From assembly GCA_030528705.1 (NCBI GenBank), contig JAUMYI010000001.1:1-46284 (forward strand): a DNA stretch of 46,284 bases. The letters run 5' to 3'. Each line of letters begins with the position of its first letter. The stretch's first letter is position 1. Shown here in pieces: positions 29,221 to 39,200 of this stretch. Under the pieces are notes generated by a model, which saw only the letters and a list, made by a program, of their open reading frames with translations, was not told the origin of the DNA and searched no databases. Origin of the DNA: Comamonadaceae bacterium. Its GTDB lineage: Bacteria > Pseudomonadota > Gammaproteobacteria > Burkholderiales > Burkholderiaceae_C. The position numbers and the translations under genes are program-made.

Positions 29221-29350
29221 TTCCCGAGGGGAGCCCCGCGTCAAGGGGCTGAGAAACTGTTGGCCGGCACACACCCGCCACACTTGTGGAGTGCCGGCAG
29301 CGCAGTGACCCTTTGAACCTGATCCGGATCATGCCGGCGAAGGGACGGGC
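29221..29350 (+). ncRNA. TPP riboswitch (THI element)
   Basis: AGGGGAG...GGCTGAGA...GACCCTTTGAACCTGATCCGGATCATGCCGGCGAAGGGA matches the TPP aptamer consensus; lies upstream of thiamine-salvage genes. Confidence 0.95.
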
Positions 29351-29437
29351 AACGCCCCCAGGCACAGCCCCCGCTGTCGCACCCAGGCCGCCCCCTTGCC
29401 CCTCGCTGGCCCAGTCCACACCAACGAGGAGCACACC

Positions 29438-30069
29438 ATGACCGCCTTCACCGAACAACTGCGCCAGGCCAACCTCCAGACCTGGGAGCAGGCTGCCGAG
29501 CACCGCTTCGTCCAGGAACTGTTTGCCGGCACCATCGACGATGCCGTCATGGCCCACTCCAGGACCACCGCTTCCTCGACAGCTTTCTGACCCTGCTGGG
29601 CAGCGCCATCGCCACGGCCGACACCTTCGAGGCGCGGCTGCGCTTGGGCCGCTTTGCTGGCATGGTCTCAGGCGACGAAAACACCTACTTCCTGCGCGCC
29701 TTCGAAGCCCTGGGCGTGAGCGAGGCGCGCCGCCAGCAAGAGCCCGACACCGCCCCCACACAAGGCTTTCAGGCCATCATGCGCGAGGCCGCCGCGACCC
29801 GCAATTACGCTGCCGTGCTGGCCGTGCTCAACGTCGCCGAATGGCTCTACCAGGACTGGGCCACGCGCGGCAACAAGCCCCTGCCCGAGCACTTCGTGCA
29901 CGCCGAATGGGTCACGCTGCACAACAACCCCTTCTTCAACGACTTCGTGGCCTTCCTGCGCGCCGAGCTCGACCGCATCGGCCCAGCGCACAGCGAGATC
30001 GCGCACGACTTCTTCCGCCGCGCCGTGGCGCTGGAGCTGGCCTTCTTCGACGAAGCCTACAACGCCTGA
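29438..30069 (+). pseudogene. tenA: TenA_E-type thiamine-salvage protein, frameshifted near 29558
   Basis: ATG 29438 (SD GAGGAG) reads MTAFTEQLRQAN..WEQAAEHRFVQEL..G, then the protein continues in another frame as QDHRFLDSFLTLLG...VAEWLYQDW...EWVTLH...ELAFFD. The conserved YL(I) before QD is missing. Confidence 0.8.
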
Positions 30070-30084
30070 ACAGGAGCGCCGCCC

Positions 30085-30762
30085 ATGACAGCCGTCTTCG
30101 AGCGCCTCAAAGCCGCTGCCCTGCCCGACTGGAATCGCTACGTCGATCACCTCTTCATCCGCCAGATGGAAGCGGGCACCCTGCCCCAGGCCGTGTTCCA
30201 GCAATACCTGATCCAGGACTACCTGTTCCTGATCCAATACGCGCGCGCCCATGCCCTGGCCATCTACAAAAGCCGCACGCTGGAAGACATGCACATCGCG
30301 CAGGGCGGGCTCAATGCCATCCTGGACGAAATGAAGCTGCACGTGCGCCTGTGCGAACGCTGGGGCCTGAGCCCGGCCCAGCTGCAGGCCGCGCCCGAGC
30401 ACCAAGCCACCGTGGCCTACACCCGCTACGTGCTCGATTGCGGCCAAAGCGGCGACCTGCTGGATCTGAACGTGGCCCTGGCCCCATGCATGATCGGCTA
30501 CGCCGAAATCGGCCGCCGCCTGGCCCCGGCCCTGGCCGCGCGGCCCGACCACCCCTACCGCGAATGGATCAGCGAGTACTCCGGCCAAGCCTTTCAGCAG
30601 GCCGCCCAGGCCTGCATCGCCCACATGGACAAACTCGCCGCCCACGCCATGACCGAGGCGCGCTTTGCCGAACTCACCGCCATCTTCGCCCAGGCCGCCC
30701 GCCTGGAAGCCGACTTCTGGCAGATGGGCTTTGAGCTGGCCGGGCAAGCACCACAGGGCTGA
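30085..30762 (+). CDS. tenA: TenA_C-type thiaminase II / aminopyrimidine aminohydrolase
   Basis: YVDH.F, GTLP...F..YLIQDYLFL, catalytic Cys in LAPCMIGY, PYREWI.EY, LEADFWQMG; SD AGGAG. Confidence 0.93.
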   Translation: MTAVFERLKAAALPDWNRYVDHLFIRQMEAGTLPQAVFQQYLIQDYLFLIQYARAHALAIYKSRTLEDMHIAQGGLNAILDEMKLHVRLCERWGLSPAQLQAAPEHQATVAYTRYVLDCGQSGDLLDLNVALAPCMIGYAEIGRRLAPALAARPDHPYREWISEYSGQAFQQAAQACIAHMDKLAAHAMTEARFAELTAIFAQAARLEADFWQMGFELAGQAPQG

Positions 30763-30797
30763 TGCGCCTGGGGCTGCTTGCTCAATGAAGACACTGG

Positions 30798-31568
30798 CTA
30801 TGCGTTGCGTGTTTGCGCAGACAGGCCCAGCAGCTGCTTGACCACCCTGCCCGTATCCCGGTAGTGCCGCGCCAGCAGGCCTGCAGCCAGGCCTGCATCG
30901 CGTGCGACGGCCGCATCCATGAGCTGGCGATGCTCGGCCAGCACGTCACGGCCCACTTGCAGGTACCGGCCATCGCGCAGCGCCGGCTGGCGGTATCGCT
31001 CACTTTGCGCATAAAGCTGTTCTGCAAAGCTGAGCAACCAGCTCGATCCGCAGGCAGCAATCAGGCTGCGATGGAATTCATAGTGCCGTTGCTCGAACTG
31101 GGCCTCGGCGTCGGCATGGCCCTCTTGCTCATCGGCGGCGTAATAACGCCGCGTGGCCAAAGCCAAAGCGTGATAGGCCGACACCACTTGGGCTTCCCAC
31201 TGGTCATCGCCCTTGACGAGAGAGCGACGCAGCGCCTCGCACTCGATGACGATGCGCGTTTCGATCACGTCCCACATTTGCTCTTCGGAAAAAGGCGCCA
31301 CGCGAAAGCCGCGCGATGTGGTGGACACCACCAATTGCTCGCTGAGCAGGCGATTCAAGGCCTCACGCAGCGGCGAGTAGCTGATGCCGTAGCAATTCTT
31401 GAGTTGCTCCAGGCGCAGCGCCTGGCCTGCGGGAAAGCGCCCGGCAATGATGTCGCGGCGCAATGCTCGGTGCGCTTGCTCGGCCAGGGTGATTTCTTCG
31501 TAGGTGGCCCCCTCTGGCTGCGCAGAATGCGGGGCCTGTGTCTTGGCGACCTTGATGCGGGGCTTCAT
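30798..31568 (-). CDS. GntR/FadR (FCD) family transcriptional regulator
   Basis: LRRDII.G...G..L....L...YGIS.SPLREAL.RL wHTH; FCD features R..IE.EALR.S, FH..LI.ACGS, EH..L..A...RDA. Confidence 0.93.
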   Translation of the reverse strand: MKPRIKVAKTQAPHSAQPEGATYEEITLAEQAHRALRRDIIAGRFPAGQALRLEQLKNCYGISYSPLREALNRLLSEQLVVSTTSRGFRVAPFSEEQMWDVIETRIVIECEALRRSLVKGDDQWEAQVVSAYHALALATRRYYAADEQEGHADAEAQFEQRHYEFHRSLIAACGSSWLLSFAEQLYAQSERYRQPALRDGRYLQVGRDVLAEHRQLMDAAVARDAGLAAGLLARHYRDTGRVVKQLLGLSAQTRNA

Positions 31569-31757
31569 GGCGGACTCCGTCGGCCACTGCTTCGTCCCAT
31601 CGCTACCGGGCACAGGCCTGGGCTGCGGCCCCAGGCCTTGGACAGTCGAATGCAGCGGATGCTGGCAGCAGCTCAGAGATCTGCCAAGGCCCGGCGCGCC
31701 AAGCCTTGGCAGAGGCGACTCACAGGGGGAGTTCGCTCACGTGCATGCCAGGCGCGA

Positions 31758-32540
31758 TTATGTACTGCTGGGCCCGCCCGCGCCTGGCGCAGCCAGCAAG
31801 GCGCCATAGCCAGGCACTTGCGTATCCAGGCCCAGGCGCTTGAGCATCTGGTAGACCGTGGCCACAGAGGAAGAGAGCACGGGCAGCCCAATGCGGTCCT
31901 CGATGGGCTGAATGGAGGCCAGCGAAGGCATTTGCACACAGGCCGAGGCCACCACCGCATCCACACCGCTGGTTTTGAGCTTGCGGCTGATCTCGATCGG
32001 CGCGCGCGGATCCTGGCGGCCGACCTCCAGGTTGTCGGCAATTTCCAGCGAGATGCTGTCCACGACCTCGATGCCCTCGTGTTCGATGTAGTCGATCACC
32101 AACTGCGTCAGCGGCTTCATGTAGGGAGTCAGGATGGAGATTTTTTTGGCCCCCAAAGCCTGCAGGCCTTCAACCAGGGCGCCTGCGCTGGTGACCACTG
32201 GCGCAGGCGCGCCATTGGCCACCGTGCAGGCATGCAGGCGCTGCTCGGAGCGGCGGTGGTAGCCCTTGCCCATGCTCATGATGGCCACCAGACAGGCGTA
32301 ACCCAGCACGTCCACCCGCGCATCCGACAGCTCCAGCGCGCAGCGATCGCTGTCTGCATCCATGGCCGACAGTTCTTCCTTGGTGACATGCTTCATGCGC
32401 ATGCGGCTGGAATGGAACGTGAAACGCTCAGGGGCCACGGCCTCGCGCGCGCGCAGCACGGCAGGGATTTCCGTCTCCATCGTGGTATTGGAGGAAGGCA
32501 CGATTTGCCCAATGCGGTAATGGCGCGTTGCAACACTCAT
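31758..32540 (-). CDS. maiA: Maleate cis-trans isomerase (Asp/Glu racemase family, MaiA/NicE-like)
   Basis: RIGQIVPSSNTTMETE, FHSSRMRM, GYACLVAIM and SACVQMPS (two catalytic Cys), VVTSAGAL, TPY; ATGA overlap with the nitrilase stop. Confidence 0.9.
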   Translation of the reverse strand: MSVATRHYRIGQIVPSSNTTMETEIPAVLRAREAVAPERFTFHSSRMRMKHVTKEELSAMDADSDRCALELSDARVDVLGYACLVAIMSMGKGYHRRSEQRLHACTVANGAPAPVVTSAGALVEGLQALGAKKISILTPYMKPLTQLVIDYIEHEGIEVVDSISLEIADNLEVGRQDPRAPIEISRKLKTSGVDAVVASACVQMPSLASIQPIEDRIGLPVLSSSVATVYQMLKRLGLDTQVPGYGALLAAPGAGGPSST

Positions 32541-33562
32541 GGCTGGGCCTCCTGCGCGGCATCGGCCAAAGGCAGTTGATCCAGCTCCAGCGCCGGGGCG
32601 CATTCGCCAAGATGGGCCGCCTGCAATGCGCGCCGGTTGACGCGCAACTCAAAGATGTCAAAGCGGTTGTAATGGCCCGTGATGTCGTGCATCTGCCTCG
32701 GCTGAATGCAGCGCGCCAAATCAATCTCGGCGTAGATGATGCCCTCCTCATCGATCAGAGGCTCGCCCAGCGTGCGGCCATCGGGGCCAATGAAGCCGGA
32801 AAAAGCACTGTTGCGGCGCGAGAGCTGCTCACGCGCCTGGGGGAAGTCCGCCTCCAGTGCGGCAATCATTTCCTCGGAAATCGTCGAGCAGGACACCACG
32901 GTAAACAGCTTGCCCTCGAAGCTGTGCGCGGCCGAGCGCACCTTGATGGCATCGGCCATGTCGTAATCGGGCGGCGCCACCGGCAGCGCGATGTAATTGG
33001 CCACGTGCACCAGCTCCCCCTGGGCCAGCAGGGCAAAACGCGCCAAAGTATTGGTGTTCTCTCCGCAGGCCAATGCGCCCAGCGGGCCAATGGAGGTGTT
33101 GTGCACCCGCAGTGCCGAGGCATCGCCCGGCGTCCAGGTGAGCTTCTCAGCCCACGTGGGCACCAGCTTGCGATGCCGCCCCAGGAGATGGCCCTCATCA
33201 GAGATCGTCACCACAGTGTTGTAGATGGTGCCGATGCCAGTGCGGCTGCGCTCGTTGACGCCAACGACCACGTTGATCCTGTGGCGCGCAGCGGCCGCCG
33301 CGATCTTGGCGATCTCCGGCCCAGGAATCTCAATGGCAGCCCGCGCCAGCTTCTCGAACCAGGCGCTGCCTTGGATGGGGCTGCCAATCCAGTTCCAGTA
33401 CGGGTAGCCAGCCACAAACACCTCTGGAAATGCCACCAGGCGTGCGCCTTGCTCTGCGGCCTCGCCCATCAGGCGCACCACCTTGTCCACGCTTGCCTGT
33501 GGATCGAGAAACACCGGCGCGGCCTGCACGGTCGCGGCTTTGAAAACGGGAAGTTCCAGCAT
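32537..33562 (-). CDS. Carbon-nitrogen hydrolase (nitrilase branch, CGEN subtype)
   Basis: AATVQAAPV, FPEVFVAGYP (Glu), HRKLVPT.AE (Lys), LACGEN (Cys), D.TGHY.R.DIF. Confidence 0.92.
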   Translation of the reverse strand: MLELPVFKAATVQAAPVFLDPQASVDKVVRLMGEAAEQGARLVAFPEVFVAGYPYWNWIGSPIQGSAWFEKLARAAIEIPGPEIAKIAAAAARHRINVVVGVNERSRTGIGTIYNTVVTISDEGHLLGRHRKLVPTWAEKLTWTPGDASALRVHNTSIGPLGALACGENTNTLARFALLAQGELVHVANYIALPVAPPDYDMADAIKVRSAAHSFEGKLFTVVSCSTISEEMIAALEADFPQAREQLSRRNSAFSGFIGPDGRTLGEPLIDEEGIIYAEIDLARCIQPRQMHDITGHYNRFDIFELRVNRRALQAAHLGECAPALELDQLPLADAAQEAQP

Positions 33563-33586
33563 CTTTCAAGTCCTTTCAAATACCCA

Positions 33587-34278
<692 letters not shown>

Positions 34279-34285
<7 letters not shown>

Positions 34286-35055
34286 GCGTCCTCCCCCAAA
34301 TAAGCACTGCGCACTTGCGGATGGCTGCGCACTTCATCGGGCGTGCCGGTGAAAATGGTGCGGCCACACACCAGCACGCTGATGCGGTCGGCCAGCGCAA
34401 AGACCGCATCCATGTCGTGCTCGACCAGCAAGATGCTGTAGCGCCCCTTGAGCGAGCGCAGCAGCTGCGTCATGCGCAGCGTTTCCTCAACGCCCATGCC
34501 CGCCATGGGCTCGTCCAGCAGCAAAATGCGGGGCGCACGCGCCAGGGCTACTGCCAGCTCCAGCTGGCGGCGCTCGCCATGGGCCAGGTCGGCGGCCAGG
34601 CAATGCGCGCGCCCCGCCAGGCCAACCTCGCCCAGCCACTGCTGCGCCGCCTGCACCAAGGCCGGATCCCGGCGCGGATCGGCCCATGAGAAGGCATGGC
34701 CGGACTGCAACATCAGCGACAGCACCACGTTCTCCAACGCGCTGTAGTCCAGGCACAGCTCGGTGACCTGAAAGGAGCGCGACAGCCCAGCCCGCGCGCG
34801 CTGAAAGGCCCGCTGCGCAGTCACGTCGATGCCATCGACCAGAATGCGCCCGGCGTCGGGGCGCAGCTCGCCGCACAGCTGCGCAATCAACGTGGACTTG
34901 CCTGCCCCATTGGGCCCGATCAGCGCATGCACCTCGCCCTTGCGCAGTTCCAGATCAACGCCATTGGTGGCCTGGACGGCGCCAAAGGATTTGTACAGAC
35001 CGCACACCTGCATCAGGGCCTGCGGCGGCTGCTGCGGCTGTGCCTCAATCGCCAT
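34279..35055 (-). CDS. ABC transporter ATP-binding protein (LivG-like)
   Basis: IGPNGAGKST, RSFQ, LAHGERRQLELA, LLDEPMAG, VEHDM, V..AYLG. Confidence 0.95.
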
Positions 35056-36025
35056 GGCGCACCCCCAGCCAGCGGCCAAACAGGCCACGCCGCCCCAACA
35101 GGGCAATCAGCACCAGGATCGGCCCCATGACCAGCATCCAGTGCTCGGTCCAGCTGGTCAGCAGCTGCTCCAGGCCAAGGAATACGGCCGCGCCACCGAT
35201 GGGCCCCAGCAGCGTGCCCACACCGCCCAGAATCACCATCGCCATGAACTCGCCGGACTTGGTCCAGGCCGCCATGTCCGGCGTGACCAGGCCGGCATAG
35301 TTGGCCCACAAAATGCCCGCCAGGCCCGTGCCAATGGCCGACCAGACGAATGCCAGCAAGCGGTACGGCGTGGGTGCAGCGCCCAGGTTGACGACACGCC
35401 GCTCACTTTGCCGCAAAGCCTGCAGCACCATGCCAAACCGCGATGCGGTGATGAGCGCGCACACCGCTGCCCAGGCCACGAGGATGAGCAAGCACAGGTA
35501 ATAAAAATGCTTGGGGTCTTCCAGATCGATGAAGGGCAGCACATTGCGCTGCGCCATCAGCAGCCCATCGTCGCCGCCATAGACCTGCAGCGACATCAGA
35601 ATGAAATACACCATCTGCCCAAAGGCCAGCGTAATCATGATGAACTGCACGCCGCGCGTGCGCAGCGCCAGGGCCCCGACGATCGCGCCGAGCGCGCCGC
35701 ACAGCAGCAAGGCCAAGGGCCAGACCAGCAGCGCCTGCAAGGAGCCATGCCAGCCCAGCAGCGGCTGGCCTTCGAGCGCGTGGTGGGCCGCAATCGCCGC
35801 GATGTAGCCGCCCGCGCCAAAGAACATGGCATGGCCAAAGCTGACCATGGCGCCATAGCCCAGCACCAGATCCAGCGACACCGCCACCAGGCCATAAATG
35901 AGAAAGCGCGTGGCCACATTGACCGCATAGGGCATGCCAGCCAGCTGCGCCCCCAGGGGAAGCAGGGCCAGCAACAGCAGCGCAGCCCCAAGGAGCGCCA
36001 TGCGTTTTGAAAATCTTTTCGTCAT
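35045..36025 (-). CDS. ABC transporter permease (LivM-like)
   Basis: SLDLVLGY..MVSFGHA.FFG.GGY, RTRG..FIMITLAFGQM, GGDDG, SRFG, ILGGVGTL.GP..GA. Confidence 0.93.
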   Translation of the reverse strand: MTKRFSKRMALLGAALLLLALLPLGAQLAGMPYAVNVATRFLIYGLVAVSLDLVLGYGAMVSFGHAMFFGAGGYIAAIAAHHALEGQPLLGWHGSLQALLVWPLALLLCGALGAIVGALALRTRGVQFIMITLAFGQMVYFILMSLQVYGGDDGLLMAQRNVLPFIDLEDPKHFYYLCLLILVAWAAVCALITASRFGMVLQALRQSERRVVNLGAAPTPYRLLAFVWSAIGTGLAGILWANYAGLVTPDMAAWTKSGEFMAMVILGGVGTLLGPIGGAAVFLGLEQLLTSWTEHWMLVMGPILVLIALLGRRGLFGRWLGVRHGD

Positions 36026-36032
36026 GCTTTGC

Positions 36033-36947
36033 TCACCTCTTTGCTGGCAACAAGCCCAGCGGTCGCACGATCAGCACCACCGCCATCAACACATAGATGG
36101 ACGCCGAGGCCAGGCCAGCGGCCAGAGGCGCTGCGACCTCTGGGCTGAAGAGCTGATCCAACGCGATGGGCAGGAACGCCCGCCCCAGGCTATCCACCAT
36201 GCCCACCAGCAAGGCGCCAAGCAGCGCGCCGCGCACCGAGCCCACGCCGCCGATGATGATGACGACGAAGGTCGTGATGAGAATCCGCTCGCCCATGCCG
36301 ATTTCCACGGCCAGCAAAGGCGCCGCCATGACGCCGGCCAGACCGCACAGCACGGCCCCAAGGCCAAACACGAAGAAATACAGCCGGCGGATGTCCACCC
36401 CCAAGGCGCTGACCATGTCGCGATCGTCTGCGCCAGCGCGCACCAGCATGCCCACGCGCGTGCGGTTCACCAGCAGCCACAAGCCAATTGCCACCAATGC
36501 GCCCACTGCAATGAAGGCCAGGCGAATCACGGGGTATTCCAGGCCCGGCGCCACCGTCACCGAGCCTTGCAGCAAGGTGGGCGTTTGCACCAAGGGAGGC
36601 TGGCGGCCAAAAATCAGCGTCACCGCCTCGTTGGTGAAGAGGATCAAGCCAAAGGTCGCCAACACCTGGTAGAGGTGATCGCGTTGGTAGAGGTGGCGGA
36701 TCACGCTCCACTCCACCAACAACCCATAACCGCCGGCGCTGAGCAATGCCGCCAGCACCGCCACCGCAAACGAGCCCGTATGGGCCAAGGCCAGCGCCGC
36801 GCAGTAGGCGCCCACCATGTAGAAGGAGCCATGCGTGAGATTGACCACCCCCATGATGCCGAAGATCAGCGTCAGGCCAGAGGCCAGCATGAACAGCATG
36901 GCGCCGAACTGCAGGCCGTTGAGCAACTGTTCGAGCAGCAGCATCAT
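36033..36947 (-). CDS. ABC transporter permease (LivH-like)
   Basis: LNGLQFG..LF..ASGLTL.FG.MGV.NL.HGS.YM.GAY, RTR.G...RAG, FVV..IGG.GS..GA. Confidence 0.93.
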   Translation of the reverse strand: MMLLLEQLLNGLQFGAMLFMLASGLTLIFGIMGVVNLTHGSFYMVGAYCAALALAHTGSFAVAVLAALLSAGGYGLLVEWSVIRHLYQRDHLYQVLATFGLILFTNEAVTLIFGRQPPLVQTPTLLQGSVTVAPGLEYPVIRLAFIAVGALVAIGLWLLVNRTRVGMLVRAGADDRDMVSALGVDIRRLYFFVFGLGAVLCGLAGVMAAPLLAVEIGMGERILITTFVVIIIGGVGSVRGALLGALLVGMVDSLGRAFLPIALDQLFSPEVAAPLAAGLASASIYVLMAVVLIVRPLGLLPAKR

Positions 36948-38107
36948 GGCAGCTTGCACTGGCTGGCGTAGGCGTCCTTGCCATCGGTGATGATCTTGCG
37001 CACCACCTGCGGCTCCAGCGCCCCCTGGTCGTTTTTCACCAAGCGCATCAAGTACATGTCCTGGATCGGATGCTGGTTGTTGTTCAAGGCGAACTTGCCG
37101 CGCAGCGAGACGAAGTCCACCTCGCGCAACGCGGCCTGGAAGGCTGTCATGTCACCCAGATCGCCCTTGACGCGCCGCAGTGCCGAGCCAATCCACTGCG
37201 CCGTGTCGTAGGCCTGCATGGCGTAGTCCGTCGGCGTGCGGCCATAAGCCTGGCGGAAGTCGGCCACGAACTGCTTGCTCTGCGCGTTGTCCAGCGCAAT
37301 CGACCAAATGCCGGTGGTGTAAAAACCCTCGGCGGCATCGCCCGTGGCTTCGATCATGCGCGCGTCCATGGAGAAGCCCGGCATCAGCATTGGCGTGCTC
37401 TTGTTCAGCCCCGAGTTGCCGTACTGCTTGGCAAAGTTGATGCCAGCCCCGCCCGGATGGAACTGGAAGATGCCATCGGGAGCGAGCGCCCGCACCCTGG
37501 CCATCTCGACCGAGAAGTCCGACTGGTCGAGCTTGGTGTAGATCTCCGCCAGCACCTCGCCCTGGTACGTGCTCTTGAAGCCAGCGATGGCATCGCGCCC
37601 GGCCTGGTAGTTGGGCGCCAGCACGACCATGCGCTTGAAGCCCAGCTCATTGGCGGCAATGCCGGCGGAGGAGTGGTAGAAGTCGTTCTGGTACGAGGCC
37701 ACGAAGTAGTTCCGGTCGCAGCGCGCGCCCGCGAACATGGACGGCCCGGCCTGGGCGCTGACGTAGGTATGGCCAGCCTTGGTGATGCTGGGCACAACCG
37801 CCGCCAGCACGTTCGAGAAGTTGACGCCGGTGTAGAGCCGCACGCCTGACTGCACCAGGCGGTCGGCCGCCTGCTTGGCATTGGCCGGCTTGAGGCCATC
37901 GTCCTCAATCACCAGCTCCACGGGCACGCCGCCCAGCTTTCCCTGGCCTTGCTGCACGGCCAGCAAAAAGCCATCGCGCAAATCCTGGCCGATGTAGCCC
38001 GCCGGGGTCGAGAGCGTGGTGATGAAGCCGATCTTGACCGGCTCTGCCTGCACGCTGCCGAAGGCGCACGCCAGCACTGCGCCGGCAGCAAGCACTTTAT
38101 TGAGCAT
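36944..38107 (-). CDS. ABC transporter substrate-binding protein, aromatic-acid (benzoate/hydroxybenzoate-like) subfamily
   Basis: Signal peptide, KIGFITTLS, KLGG.PVE...EDD..KP, NYQAGRD, Q.DFS.E, S.RG.F...NN..PIQD; SD AAGGAG. Confidence 0.9.
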   Translation of the reverse strand: MLNKVLAAGAVLACAFGSVQAEPVKIGFITTLSTPAGYIGQDLRDGFLLAVQQGQGKLGGVPVELVIEDDGLKPANAKQAADRLVQSGVRLYTGVNFSNVLAAVVPSITKAGHTYVSAQAGPSMFAGARCDRNYFVASYQNDFYHSSAGIAANELGFKRMVVLAPNYQAGRDAIAGFKSTYQGEVLAEIYTKLDQSDFSVEMARVRALAPDGIFQFHPGGAGINFAKQYGNSGLNKSTPMLMPGFSMDARMIEATGDAAEGFYTTGIWSIALDNAQSKQFVADFRQAYGRTPTDYAMQAYDTAQWIGSALRRVKGDLGDMTAFQAALREVDFVSLRGKFALNNNQHPIQDMYLMRLVKNDQGALEPQVVRKIITDGKDAYASQCKLP

Positions 38108-38167
38108 AAGAGTCTCCTTCATGTTGTTATGAAAAGCGGCCTGCGAGAGGGCCGCGTCTGCCGGGAT

Positions 38168-39106
38168 TCAGCCCTTGGGCGGGCGCGCTGCATCGCCCAC
38201 GGCCACGACCGGGTTGCGCAAACAACCGATCTTCTCGACCCAGGCCTCGACCACATCGCCCGGCCACAGCCACTCTTGCGGCGTGCGCCCAGCCCCCACG
38301 CCTGCGGGCGTGCCTGTGGCGATGATGTCGCCCGGCTCCAGCGTGATGGCCGCGCTGATGTCGGCAATCAGCGCCGGAATCTTGAACAGCAGATGGCGTG
38401 TGTTGGAGTGCTGCTTGAGCACGCCATTGACCTTCAGGCCCAGCTCCAGGTTGTGCGGATCGCCGATCTCCTCGGCCGTGACGATGACCGGCCCGAAGGG
38501 GGCGTAGGTGTCTTGCCCCTTGGAGTAGATCCACTGGCCAGCGCGGCGGTTGTCGCGGGCGCTGATGTCATTGAGCACGCTGTAGCCGAACACGTGGCGC
38601 ATGGCCTGCTCCGGGCTGACCCGCCTGGCCCGCTGGCCGATCACCACGGCCAGCTCCACCTCCCAGTCGAGCTGCTGCGTGATGGCGGCGTTGTGCTCGA
38701 TGGCATCGCCATCGGCAATCACGGCCGTGGGCGGCTTGGAGAAGATGACCGGCTGCGTGGGCAGCTCCTTGGCCGTATCCAAGGCACGGCTGGACTCATG
38801 CACGTGCTCCACGTAGTTCAGCCCAATGCCGAAGATGTTCTTGCGCGGGCGCGGAATCGGCGCCAACAGGCTCAGATTGACCAAAGGCAAGGCCGCGCCA
38901 ATGGGCCAGCGGCCCTGGTACTGCGCCAACAACTCCGCCGTCTGCTGTACGGCCTGCGGCCCCAAGTCAATGAACTCCAGCATGGCCGCAGGCAAGGCCT
39001 GGCCGGCATGCTGGCCCAGCCTTTGCAAGTCCACCACCAAATCGTTAACGACGGCCCCCAGGCGGGCCTCTGCGGCCGGATGGGCGCGGTAAGTCACAAG
39101 TCGCAT
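38168..39106 (-). CDS. Fumarylacetoacetate hydrolase family protein
   Basis: IFGIGLNYVEH, PVIFSKP, LDWEVELAVVIG, NDISARD, SKGQDTYAPFGP, GDIIATGTPAGVG. Confidence 0.93.
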   Translation of the reverse strand: MRLVTYRAHPAAEARLGAVVNDLVVDLQRLGQHAGQALPAAMLEFIDLGPQAVQQTAELLAQYQGRWPIGAALPLVNLSLLAPIPRPRKNIFGIGLNYVEHVHESSRALDTAKELPTQPVIFSKPPTAVIADGDAIEHNAAITQQLDWEVELAVVIGQRARRVSPEQAMRHVFGYSVLNDISARDNRRAGQWIYSKGQDTYAPFGPVIVTAEEIGDPHNLELGLKVNGVLKQHSNTRHLLFKIPALIADISAAITLEPGDIIATGTPAGVGAGRTPQEWLWPGDVVEAWVEKIGCLRNPVVAVGDAARPPKG

Positions 39107-39200
39107 ATTCCAAAGCTCTCCATCAAAACAGCGATACGAAAGCGGCATGCGCTGCCGGTTGCACCCCGCGCAGGGCGCTGACCGCCTGCCGCCCAAGGCA

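Noticed and set aside
29644-30069. 141-aa ORF as an independent gene
   Set aside because: It is the C-terminal part of the frameshifted TenA_E that starts at 29438.
29523-30734. 403-aa ORF spanning both tenA genes
   Set aside because: Arg/Pro/Ala-rich off-frame read of the two tenA genes, not a fusion.
31614-31713. Two GC-rich hairpins between the maleate isomerase and GntR genes as an sRNA or riboswitch
   Set aside because: No recognisable aptamer motif or U-tract; compatible with ordinary mRNA-stabilising stems.
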